IMG/VR virus record: IMGVR_UViG_3300036832_000367
Span: 3,025-67,024 of that record
Direction: 5' to 3' (one strand)
Origin: a virus
Length of the DNA stretch: 64,000 bases
Position numbers and translations under genes: made by a program
Part shown: piece after piece, positions 48,482 to 56,181 of the stretch
How the letters are laid out: the number at the start of each line of letters is the position of its first letter
Position numbering within the stretch: position 1 is the first letter of the stretch
The notes under the pieces: model-generated
Told to the model about the DNA's origin: nothing
What the model saw: only the letters and a program-made list of their open reading frames with translations
Databases searched by the model: none

Positions 48482-48703
48482 TTAGAGTAGGCCGAGCACG
48501 ATTGCGCCCAGAAATGCCAGCGCGATATAAGCCGTCACATGGTAGGCAGTTGCGCTGCTGGTTTTGCTGCCCCGCGCCCATGCCCGCTCATAGGCAAGGC
48601 AAAGCGTGGTCTTGGTGACGACGTCGATCCCGGCGACGCTTAACGCCATGGTGTCGATAGCGCCAAGCACTCGCCAAGTCAGCGACTTCAGATGGCCGTA
48701 CAT
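48482..48703 (-). CDS. DUF2061-like membrane protein, internally deleted copy
   Basis: WRVLGAIDTM..TK..YERAW; paralogue of 49069..49269. Confidence 0.6.
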   Translation of the reverse strand: MYGHLKSLTWRVLGAIDTMALSVAGIDVVTKTTLCLAYERAWARGSKTSSATAYHVTAYIALAFLGAIVLGLL

Positions 48704-48727
48704 TTTTACTTCCAAGTTGTGGTGTTG

Positions 48728-48795
48728 CGCCGCTTGCAGGCGGCGAATGTTGCGAAGGCAACACTATGAGACGGCGCAACGCGCCGTCCTTAGTG
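48728..48795 (-). repeat. Structured intergenic element, copy 5
   Basis: Identical to copy 2. Confidence 0.9.
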
Positions 48796-48800
48796 TGGCT

Positions 48801-49055
48801 TTAGGAAATTGCCAGCGCGATTGCTTCCAATTCGCCGATGACTTCCTTGAGTTTAGCAAGGCGCGCTTCGTGCTGTTTCATTGCGGCTCCGATAGCGTCG
48901 CCGTCTTGCACGTAATAGTCGCGGCCGTTTGGATAGGCCGCAGCAAGCTTGCTTCCGGCCGCATGTAACGCATCGATTGCATCACAGTAGCCATCAAGCA
49001 GCGATTGCTTGGACGTGCCATTCGAATGAATGGTCGGGATCATAAGTTTAGTCAT
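48801..49055 (-). CDS. Hypothetical protein
   Basis: PTIHSNGTS..PNGRDYY motif; SD GGAG. Confidence 0.75.
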   Translation of the reverse strand: MTKLMIPTIHSNGTSKQSLLDGYCDAIDALHAAGSKLAAAYPNGRDYYVQDGDAIGAAMKQHEARLAKLKEVIGELEAIALAIS

Positions 49056-49068
49056 GGTGGCTCCGTAT

Positions 49069-49269
49069 TTAGCTGGTGCTCTTGCTGCCCCACGCCCACG
49101 CCCGCTCATGGGCATAGTAAAGCGCGGTCTTGGTGAAGAACTCGATACCCACGACGCCCAACGCCATGGTCACGCTGTTGGTGACAATCAGCGACAGCAG
49201 CATGGTGTCGATAGCGCCGAGGACTCGCCAAGAAAGAGCCTTGACGATCGACTTCAGATGGCCGTGCAT
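49069..49269 (-). CDS. DUF2061-family membrane protein
   Basis: SIVKALSWRVLGAIDT..IEFFTKTALYYAHERAW. Confidence 0.8.
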   Translation of the reverse strand: MHGHLKSIVKALSWRVLGAIDTMLLSLIVTNSVTMALGVVGIEFFTKTALYYAHERAWAWGSKSTS

Positions 49270-49455
49270 TAGTTTAGCTCCGTTGTGATGCAGCGCCGCT
49301 TGCAGGCGGCGTGATGCGAGAAGCGCATCGTTGGGCGGCAATTTATCTTGCCGCCCCGTCGATAGGCTTACACTTGGCCCGGCTTTGGAGTTGCCGGGTT
49401 GCGCTGCAAGTGGCCCTTGCAGAGGCAGAGGCGTTTTGAAGCACGCCTCCATGGA

Positions 49456-49505
49456 TGTTGTTGCATTGGCAACACTATGAGACGGCGTGACCGCCGTCCT
49501 TAGTG
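49456..49505 (-). repeat. Structured intergenic element, copy 6 (its CTGCAA hairpin displaced to 49294-49311)
   Basis: CACTATGAGACGGCG-TGAC-CGCCGTCCTTAGTG. Confidence 0.88.
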
Positions 49506-49508
49506 GTG

Positions 49509-49868
49509 TCAGTCCATACGGGAGTCGGCATAGGCGTTGATGCCCAGTTCATCCTTCAGGATGGACGCCATTTTCCCGGCGTGCCGTTCCTTCCGTTCGA
49601 GGCTCTGGCCGTGCGCGCTGATCCAGATATCAACGCCGCCCGTGTAAGCCTTATGGGCCAGCTTGTTCTTGACCAGCCACTTGGCAAACGAGGAATTGCC
49701 CGGCCGCACCCTTACCCAAGCGAAACCGCACACGCCCTCCGGCACGAACCATCGCTCGGTCGACGATGAAACGACCATCGCGCTCGGCTTATGCGCTTCG
49801 GCTGCCGCGTAACCTTCGCGGTTGGCCCGATCAAATACGGCGGCGAACTTCGCGTAGTCTTTCGACAT
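49509..49868 (-). CDS. Conserved phage hypothetical protein
   Basis: EGVCGFAWV..FAKWL..QSLERKE..SRMD motif. Confidence 0.8.
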   Translation of the reverse strand: MSKDYAKFAAVFDRANREGYAAAEAHKPSAMVVSSSTERWFVPEGVCGFAWVRVRPGNSSFAKWLVKNKLAHKAYTGGVDIWISAHGQSLERKERHAGKMASILKDELGINAYADSRMD

Positions 49869-49888
49869 TTTCAAACTCCGTGGTGCCA

Positions 49889-49953
49889 CGCCGCTTGCAG
49901 GCGGCGAGTGTTCGATAGAACACTATGAGACGGCGGAGACCGCCGTCCTTAGT
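49889..49953 (-). repeat. Structured intergenic element, copy 7
   Basis: Full consensus; first copy in the transcript. Confidence 0.9.
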
Positions 49954-50197
49954 ATTCACCATTTTCGATTTTGAATTTTGCTCGTGATCTCTCGTCGAGC
50001 GACCCACGGCTCCAATGTCTCAGGGCTTCGTCGTGCTGGTCTTCCGGCCGTTACCGATTCGCGGGAGGGATCATTTTTGATTTCGACCTCTGGAGTCTCG
50101 GGCTCTACCCTTGCCGCGTTGTTTTGTTTCGGAGTGTCGCGAGCACTCCCGCAGGTCTTTCTTCCGTTCCGATCTCCTTTCCTTTCCGTTCATCCTC

Positions 50198-50225
50198 ACT
50201 ATAGGCCTTTTGTCACCTATGTCAA
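50198..50225 (-). promoter_or_regulatory. Leftward sigma70-type promoter
   Basis: TTGACA-N16-TATAGT on the - strand; spacer contains GTGACAAAAGGC. Confidence 0.7.
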
Positions 50226-50300
50226 GCGGCTTTATATCATTGATTATATTGCAATATTTGCCCATTTCCGGCTTGGCTTGTGGAATCGCGCGAATAGGCG

Positions 50301-50329
50301 TTGTGCCTATGTGACAAAAGGCTTATCTT
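50301..50329 (+). promoter_or_regulatory. Rightward sigma70-type promoter
   Basis: TTGTGC-N17-TATCTT; spacer contains the same GTGACAAAAGGC. Confidence 0.6.
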
Positions 50330-50350
50330 GATGGTGAAGGGAAAACCAAA

Positions 50351-50866
50351 ATGGAAACCAGCATGAGCCTGCACGAAATCCTGACCAGCAACGTCGAGAA
50401 CTGGGCGCGGCTCGGTCACCCGTCGCTGCTCGAACGATTCGTGCTGCGCAACGGCAAGCCCTACGCGCCCGGACCGCGCAAGGGTCGCAAGGGTCCGGAG
50501 AGGCAGTGCTACATGAATGCCGCGAAGGTCGTGATGTGCGATGCTGACGCGGTGGCTTATGTCGAGGGCTTCGTCATAAATCCCGACCTGCCGATTCCGA
50601 TTCATCACGCTTGGGTCAGTTACGACGGCGAGACGGCGATGGACCCGACGCTGGACAGCGCGAACCGCGAATATTTCGGCGTCAGCTTTACCCGCAAGGA
50701 ATTGGTCCGCGAGCTACGCAAGACAAAAATTTATGGATTGCTCGATACCGGTTGCGGGTTGAACGCCGACCTGATGTTCCGGCGCGATCCAGAACTCAAG
50801 GCGATCTGCGAGGGCGTCAAGATTGATCCGAGATTCGCCAAAGCATTAAACAGGGGGGCAATGTGA
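50351..50866 (+). CDS. Hypothetical protein, transglutaminase/papain-like
   Basis: QCYMNA..YVEG..HHAW..DPT (Cys-His-Asp pattern). Confidence 0.7.
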   Translation: METSMSLHEILTSNVENWARLGHPSLLERFVLRNGKPYAPGPRKGRKGPERQCYMNAAKVVMCDADAVAYVEGFVINPDLPIPIHHAWVSYDGETAMDPTLDSANREYFGVSFTRKELVRELRKTKIYGLLDTGCGLNADLMFRRDPELKAICEGVKIDPRFAKALNRGAM

Positions 50867-51081
50867 TGAGCCATCGCACAAAAGCCGAGATCAAGATGAG
50901 GTTCGGCAAAGGCGGCGTCCTCGCCGACATTACCATCCCTGCACACACTCGATGCGTCCACGCGAGCCACGGTCAGTTTTTCGTCGATGATCTAAGTTGG
51001 CTCGACCGCAACAGCATGACCCTGCACGACGCAACCTACTATGGCATCCGCATCGATGCCGATCAGGTGGAGGAAGTGTGA
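50866..51081 (+). CDS. Hypothetical protein
   Basis: HDATYYGI motif; coupled. Confidence 0.65.
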   Translation: MSHRTKAEIKMRFGKGGVLADITIPAHTRCVHASHGQFFVDDLSWLDRNSMTLHDATYYGIRIDADQVEEV

Positions 51082-51275
51082 TGCACACCTACCTGAAAGA
51101 CGAGGATGGCTATTCGGTCGGCTCGTGGCTGATCAACCGGGACGGCTACCACCAGTTCTACACGCTGTTCACGGTGCCGTCGCTTGAGCAGGCAATCCAT
51201 GCGGTTAGCTGGCTGAACGGCGGCGAACCGGCCGTGTTCGATCGGCTTGAGATTAAGGAACGGGAATCAAAATGA
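51081..51275 (+). CDS. Hypothetical protein
   Basis: TGATG coupling; VSWLNGG. Confidence 0.6.
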   Translation: MHTYLKDEDGYSVGSWLINRDGYHQFYTLFTVPSLEQAIHAVSWLNGGEPAVFDRLEIKERESK

Positions 51276-52369
51276 AGTCCGACGCCACCCTGATCGATCT
51301 GGCGATCCGCGAAAGTTTCAAGCGGCATGATGGCTTGGTGCCGGGCGGGATGCGCGAGACGCTGGTCCGCGCGCACAAGTTTCTGCTGTCCTATGAAATG
51401 TCGGGCTACCTCGCCGATCTCACCAACGCGGCATTTTTCGAATCGCCGGATCGAAGTCTCGCGCTGGTCGATGCCGCGCGGCGGCAGGCGCGGCTGCCGT
51501 TTCCGGTAACGTGGATCGAATACGACTGCCGGGCGCGCAAGGTGCGCAGCCACCAAGCCTATGCCAAGTCGCAGTATCCGACGACCGGCTCGCTGGTGAC
51601 GCCAGATCGGATCATTCCGCGCATCGGCTGGCTGCTCGAACAGCATCCGCAGATCGGGACCGCTTTCAAGATGACGGAGTTCGTCGAGCTAGACGGCACG
51701 GCGGCGCGGTTGCCGTTTTCCTCGACATGGGTGTGCGACGACCAGACCGTTATTCCGTGGCCAGCGATGCCATGGGCTGGCATCAGCAGCCGCGAGCGAT
51801 CAGAGATCGCAACCGGAGTGATGGGCTACGTCTCTGACCGCATCAGCCTCACCGGTATAGCGGACGGCGGTATTCTGAAGGAAACCATCGGCGAACTGCG
51901 CTGCGCCCTGATGTTGCTGGCGACGATCAACGACCTGCCGGTGACGTTCGACGCGGTGCGCCCGAGCAAGGGCTATGTGGCGCGCGGCCAGTATCGGCGC
52001 TTCATCGAGCACTCGATCATTCACCTGACGGTGCCGGAGCATCGCAGCCTTAAAACACTGGCGGCCAGAGCATTGACGAATCTGCGGCGGCGGGCGCATG
52101 AAGTGCGCGGCCACTTCCGGATCGACTGGCGGCATCCACCGCAGGCGTTGTGTCAGCATGACTGGCAGGACGCCGAGCACGGCGCGTTGCGCTGCGCGAT
52201 CTGCCATGGCCGCAAGCTGCACATCCGCAACCACCAGCGCGGCGACGCGTCGGTTGGATTCGTGATGCACGATTATGAGGTTGAGAGGGGGACGCCTGAA
52301 AAAACTAAGTTGATCGAGGCGCAAAAAACGCTCGCCGAACTGGCTGGGAAAATGGGAGGAGTCAAGTGA
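51272..52369 (+). CDS. Hypothetical protein with RAHEVRGH..HQRG motif
   Basis: RLPFPVTWIE; C-terminal His/Cys-rich region. Confidence 0.75.
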   Translation: MKSDATLIDLAIRESFKRHDGLVPGGMRETLVRAHKFLLSYEMSGYLADLTNAAFFESPDRSLALVDAARRQARLPFPVTWIEYDCRARKVRSHQAYAKSQYPTTGSLVTPDRIIPRIGWLLEQHPQIGTAFKMTEFVELDGTAARLPFSSTWVCDDQTVIPWPAMPWAGISSRERSEIATGVMGYVSDRISLTGIADGGILKETIGELRCALMLLATINDLPVTFDAVRPSKGYVARGQYRRFIEHSIIHLTVPEHRSLKTLAARALTNLRRRAHEVRGHFRIDWRHPPQALCQHDWQDAEHGALRCAICHGRKLHIRNHQRGDASVGFVMHDYEVERGTPEKTKLIEAQKTLAELAGKMGGVK

Positions 52370-52605
52370 CTGCCAAACTGCTTTACCGGGTCGAATGCAA
52401 ATCGACCCATCCGTTTTACGAAGTCATCGCGGCGTTCAATTGCGCTGCCGCTGCGCGATTCTATGCCGCCGATTGCGAGGCCGCCAATCCCGGCTTCGCC
52501 TATCGCGTGACGCGTGCCAATAAACCGCTGTTTGAAGGCAGACCCGAGTTCAAAATGGTCAATGGCGATGTCCTTGAATGCAACCCCGCCATCACCTTGG
52601 AATGA
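52366..52605 (+). CDS. Hypothetical protein
   Basis: GTGA coupling, SD GGAG. Confidence 0.6.
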   Translation: MTAKLLYRVECKSTHPFYEVIAAFNCAAAARFYAADCEAANPGFAYRVTRANKPLFEGRPEFKMVNGDVLECNPAITLE

Positions 52606-52811
52606 TCGCCGATGATCGAGCGCGGGCACTGTGGAATTTCACCGGTCAATTCCAAGGCGTGGGCGATCGGAACGCTGAGACCGAGCAAGCGCTTTGATGT
52701 TCGTCGCGTCGTCTGGGGAAGGCTGATGGCACGAGCCGAGAAGCGGCCCGGTGAACAGATACGCCGCGCCCGCATCTTTGTGGCAGCGGAGCAGAGCAGA
52801 TAAAGACAGGA

Positions 52812-53513
52812 GTGAACAAAGTGGAAAAGATCGAATACCGAACCAAAGACAAGTCGAAGTGGCCGCGCGGTCCTTGGGATGATGAGCCGGACAAGGTGCA
52901 GTGGCAGGACGAGGCGACCGGCCTGCCCTGCCTTATCGTGCGCAGTCCGGTGGGCGCGCTGTGCGGCTATGTCGGCGTGCCGCCGGATCATCCGTGGCAC
53001 GGCAAGGAGTACGACGACGAGGCTCTGATCGGCGTCGAGGTGCATGGCGGACTGAGTTTCGCCGCTTTCTGCCAGCCCGGACCGGAAAATCAGAGCATCT
53101 GCCATAAAGAGGAGATATGCACCTGTGATACCGACAATGGCGCAACGAGCCTACACGGCCGGAATCATCGACGGCGAGGGCTCGATCAGCCTCGCGATCC
53201 ACACGACCAGAATGACGAAATCTGGCCGCCCCGCGACGGGGCCGAAGCTGCTTGTTCAAGTGTCCAACACGGACAGCCTCGAACTCCGCAATCGAATGCT
53301 GCGACTGAACGGGATGAACAAGCGGCCACGTGCGTGGTCTGTGGATTACCTCTAGTCGAGCGGCCGATTTATTGGTTTGGCTTCGACTGCGCGCACTACC
53401 ACGATCTGACGCCGCGTGATCCCAGTCTCGGCGACGGGGATTATCGCGACCGCGCCTATGTCGAGGATCAGTGTCGCGCGCTCGCCGTGCAACTGACCGG
53501 AGTTGTCCATTGA
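52812..53513 (+). CDS. Conserved phage protein (CGYV/HGG/WFGFDCAH) carrying an ~80-codon insertion
   Basis: Family motifs flank an atypical linker. Confidence 0.75.
   Translation: MNKVEKIEYRTKDKSKWPRGPWDDEPDKVQWQDEATGLPCLIVRSPVGALCGYVGVPPDHPWHGKEYDDEALIGVEVHGGLSFAAFCQPGPENQSICHKEEICTCDTDNGATSLHGRNHRRRGLDQPRDPHDQNDEIWPPRDGAEAACSSVQHGQPRTPQSNAATERDEQAATCVVCGLPLVERPIYWFGFDCAHYHDLTPRDPSLGDGDYRDRAYVEDQCRALAVQLTGVVH
53125..53355 (+). pseudogene. Degenerate LAGLIDADG endonuclease remnant, nested out of frame
   Basis: AYTAGIIDGEGSI..VQVSNTD then directly LELRNRMLRLN; SD GAGGAG at 53109. Confidence 0.65.
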
Positions 53514-53723
53514 AGCCGCTGTATCACCATCACATGGAAGACCTTGGTCCTCGTGCGCCGAACGGCTTGTTGCTGATCGCGTTCATCAGGGACATGGTCG
53601 CCTTGGTGCGAACCTCGCATCGCATCAAGAAGTACAAGCGTCAACGCGGGCTGACCGAGAAACGTCCGATCCCAGAGTGGGAACGGATCATGGAAAACGA
53701 GCCGTGACGGAGATTTTTCCAAA

Positions 53724-53927
53724 ATGAGCTACGCGCCTGAAGTGATCATCGACCCTACCGGCGCTTGGACGATGCCCGGCACGTTCCGCTTCCGCAGCAA
53801 GGCCGAAGCTGAAGCCTACGTGCGCGATCTGGCCTACCGCTGGACCGCCGTGCGCGAGGGTCGCGTGGTCTACAGCAACGATCCGCCGACGCATACGATG
53901 ATCGGCGGCAACCTGCGTTCGCTATAG
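53724..53927 (+). CDS. Hypothetical protein (paralogue of 48234..48464)
   Basis: MSYAPEVIID.TGAW..FRF..EA..DL..RWTAV. Confidence 0.7.
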   Translation: MSYAPEVIIDPTGAWTMPGTFRFRSKAEAEAYVRDLAYRWTAVREGRVVYSNDPPTHTMIGGNLRSL

Positions 53928-53936
53928 GAGGACACA

Positions 53937-54215
53937 ATGACAGAACACACCGGAGGACTCGGCGACGCGCCGATTGAGCCTGAGTTGCACGCCACGATGA
54001 ATGCGCTCGCGCACGGCCTCGACGAGATCATCAACGGCAAAGACACCGAGCCTGAGGACAAGAAGTTTGGGTTTTGTCTGATGGTGTTTCCGTTCGCCGG
54101 GTTCGATGGCCGCGCCAACTACATATCCAACGCCAACCGCGAGCACGTCGTCACCCTCCTGAAAGAGCAGTTGGCACGGTTCGAGGGGCAGGCGGAAATG
54201 CAAGGCAAGGCATAG
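53937..54215 (+). CDS. Hypothetical protein
   Basis: GFCLMVFPF..NYISNANRE motif; SD AGGAG. Confidence 0.75.
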   Translation: MTEHTGGLGDAPIEPELHATMNALAHGLDEIINGKDTEPEDKKFGFCLMVFPFAGFDGRANYISNANREHVVTLLKEQLARFEGQAEMQGKA

Positions 54216-54224
54216 GAGGACAAC

Positions 54225-54812
54225 ATGGAAACCAACCACGTCGTGATGTCGCGCAGCGAGGCTCGCGATCTATATCGTGAATACAAAAAGCACGTGCACT
54301 ACTCGACGCCGATCGACCGCGAGGTGATGCGGGCCTATCAACTGCTGGCGCAGGGCCGCCTCGTCATCAAGGCACTGGAATCAATCGTCACTGCCGGGCT
54401 CAATGCGCAAAGCCTGCCCAAACTCGCGATTGCGCAGGCGACCGCGACCAGTTGCGAGTGTCGCGTGCAAGGCGGTGGCGAGGTGACGATGGACAGCCGC
54501 GCTTTACGCTCCTATCGGGGAATGTCGAACAAGTTGATTGCGCAGCGCGCCTATTTTCAGTGGCCGCGCGGCACGTTCAAACCGGCGCAGAGCACGTGGA
54601 GCGCGCAGGCCCTTGTGCCCGGCGTGCCGATCAACCAGCGCCCCAAGCGTGGGCTCGCGAACTATCACATTCTCTGGGAGGCGGAGTGGCGCAAGGTGGT
54701 GCCGCGCGATCCCTTCCTGCTGCGCCGGATCGGCAAGTCAGACCTTTGGCTGGTGGTGGCGATGTGGGATTTGACCGAAGTGGAGCGCGGCGCGCTGGCG
54801 ACGCGAATGTGA
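54225..54812 (+). CDS. Hypothetical protein
   Basis: YHILWEAEW..DPFLL..WDLTEVER; SD AGGAGG. Confidence 0.75.
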   Translation: METNHVVMSRSEARDLYREYKKHVHYSTPIDREVMRAYQLLAQGRLVIKALESIVTAGLNAQSLPKLAIAQATATSCECRVQGGGEVTMDSRALRSYRGMSNKLIAQRAYFQWPRGTFKPAQSTWSAQALVPGVPINQRPKRGLANYHILWEAEWRKVVPRDPFLLRRIGKSDLWLVVAMWDLTEVERGALATRM

Positions 54813-54870
54813 AAATGGCGATGGCAATGCGGTTCGATGGACAAGCGGAAATGCAGGGCAGGGCGTAACC

Positions 54871-55242
54871 ATGAAAGCCAAGGCACTGGAATTGCGGGAC
54901 AGGGCTACCTTCATCCCGATTTTGTGCGTCGATATGAATCCGGGCATCTATCGTGATGACGGTCCCGGCATGTCAACGGAATACGAGGCGCAGCGCTATC
55001 TGCTGCGCCGTGTCGGCTATCCCTGCGACGGCAGGCCGAACATCATCGTGACCCGGCTCGCTGGCAGCGGACACGCGACCAATGATCCCGACCAATGGGG
55101 CGGCAGAACCTTCCCGGTGGCTCATCACTGGATCATCGAGCACTGGAATGAATTGAAAGATGGCGACGTCGTCGATGTCGAATGGATTTTGGGAGAGACG
55201 CAAGCGCCGAAGTCAAGCGAGCGCATCGAGGCGTCATCATGA
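54871..55242 (+). CDS. Hypothetical protein
   Basis: ELRDRATFIP..GDVVDVEWILGE. Confidence 0.7.
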   Translation: MKAKALELRDRATFIPILCVDMNPGIYRDDGPGMSTEYEAQRYLLRRVGYPCDGRPNIIVTRLAGSGHATNDPDQWGGRTFPVAHHWIIEHWNELKDGDVVDVEWILGETQAPKSSERIEASS

Positions 55243-55454
55243 GAAGAAAATTCAAACAAGATGGCCTGCGCTTCAAGGACAGGCTTGCCGAACTGGAAAT
55301 GAGCCAAACCGGCCTTGCGCAAATGCTGGAAGTCAATCTGACAACCGTCAACCGCTGGGCCAGTGGGCGGCGGCCGGTGCGCCCTTCGGTCTGGCTGATC
55401 TTGGACCACCTGAAGAAATCGAAACCCAACGGCGAGAAAATGAGGAAATCTTAA
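55239..55454 (+). CDS. XRE HTH protein
   Basis: MSQTGLAQMLEVNLTTVNRWASG. Confidence 0.8.
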   Translation: MRRKFKQDGLRFKDRLAELEMSQTGLAQMLEVNLTTVNRWASGRRPVRPSVWLILDHLKKSKPNGEKMRKS

Positions 55455-55455
55455 A

Positions 55456-55692
55456 ATGACGATCAAACCCGACGACGAAAAATACGCCTTCAAGTTTTTT
55501 ACGGAAGTTAGCAACGGTCCAAAGGAGATCGTTCGATTTTCGATAACCGGAGATGACCGGCTGCATATTGAATGGAACGAAAAGCTTGAAGTCACCGACG
55601 CGGCCAGACGGTTCATCGCGGTTGTCAGGGATCAGCTAGAGAACATCGGGGGTGCCGAAACCAAGATGCTTTCGCCAAGTGGCGATAATTGA
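55456..55692 (+). CDS. Hypothetical protein
   Basis: Operonic ORF. Confidence 0.55.
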   Translation: MTIKPDDEKYAFKFFTEVSNGPKEIVRFSITGDDRLHIEWNEKLEVTDAARRFIAVVRDQLENIGGAETKMLSPSGDN

Positions 55693-55698
55693 AGGGAG

Positions 55699-56169
55699 AT
55701 GGCGGTCATGACCGACCTGAAATCGATGGTGAGATTCGCATCCGCGCGAGCGGAGGATATTTTTCGCGAGAGCGGCGTGATCCTCCCGATGTATCACGCC
55801 GTCAGGTCGACCGGCGAGCACATGATCCTGCCGCCGCCGAACGCCGACAAGGACATCAGCGTTGCTCTGATGAAGGTAGCGTTCGCCGTCGCCGACGTTG
55901 ATCGTTACGTGTTCATGGACGAGGCTTGGCGGGTTGAGTTGACAGGCAATGCGGACGGCCACCGCCTGTTTCGCGAAGGCATCAGCGATCACCCGGACCG
56001 CCGCGAGATCGTGATGTTCTCCGCCGAGAACCGGCGCGGCGAAATGCTGACCGCCCACCGATTCATTCTGCGGCCGGAGCACGGCAAGCCGGTGCTTGCG
56101 CCGCTCGCGTTCACCGACATGGATCAAGTCAATAGCAGCGGGCGGATGGTCGGGCTGCTCAATCATTAG
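55699..56169 (+). CDS. Hypothetical protein (paralogue of 36599..37048)
   Basis: YVFMDEAW..RREIVMFSAE. Confidence 0.7.
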   Translation: MAVMTDLKSMVRFASARAEDIFRESGVILPMYHAVRSTGEHMILPPPNADKDISVALMKVAFAVADVDRYVFMDEAWRVELTGNADGHRLFREGISDHPDRREIVMFSAENRRGEMLTAHRFILRPEHGKPVLAPLAFTDMDQVNSSGRMVGLLNH

Positions 56170-56181
56170 CGCGGGAGGGAA

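Noticed and set aside
45216-49953. Repeats interpreted as a CRISPR array
   Set aside because: Spacing is 0.3-1.7 kb and filled by genes; no cas genes.
45216-49953. Repeats interpreted as classical integron attC sites
   Set aside because: No RYYYAAC/GTTRRRY boxes and no IntI or other tyrosine recombinase in the window; only the architecture is analogous.
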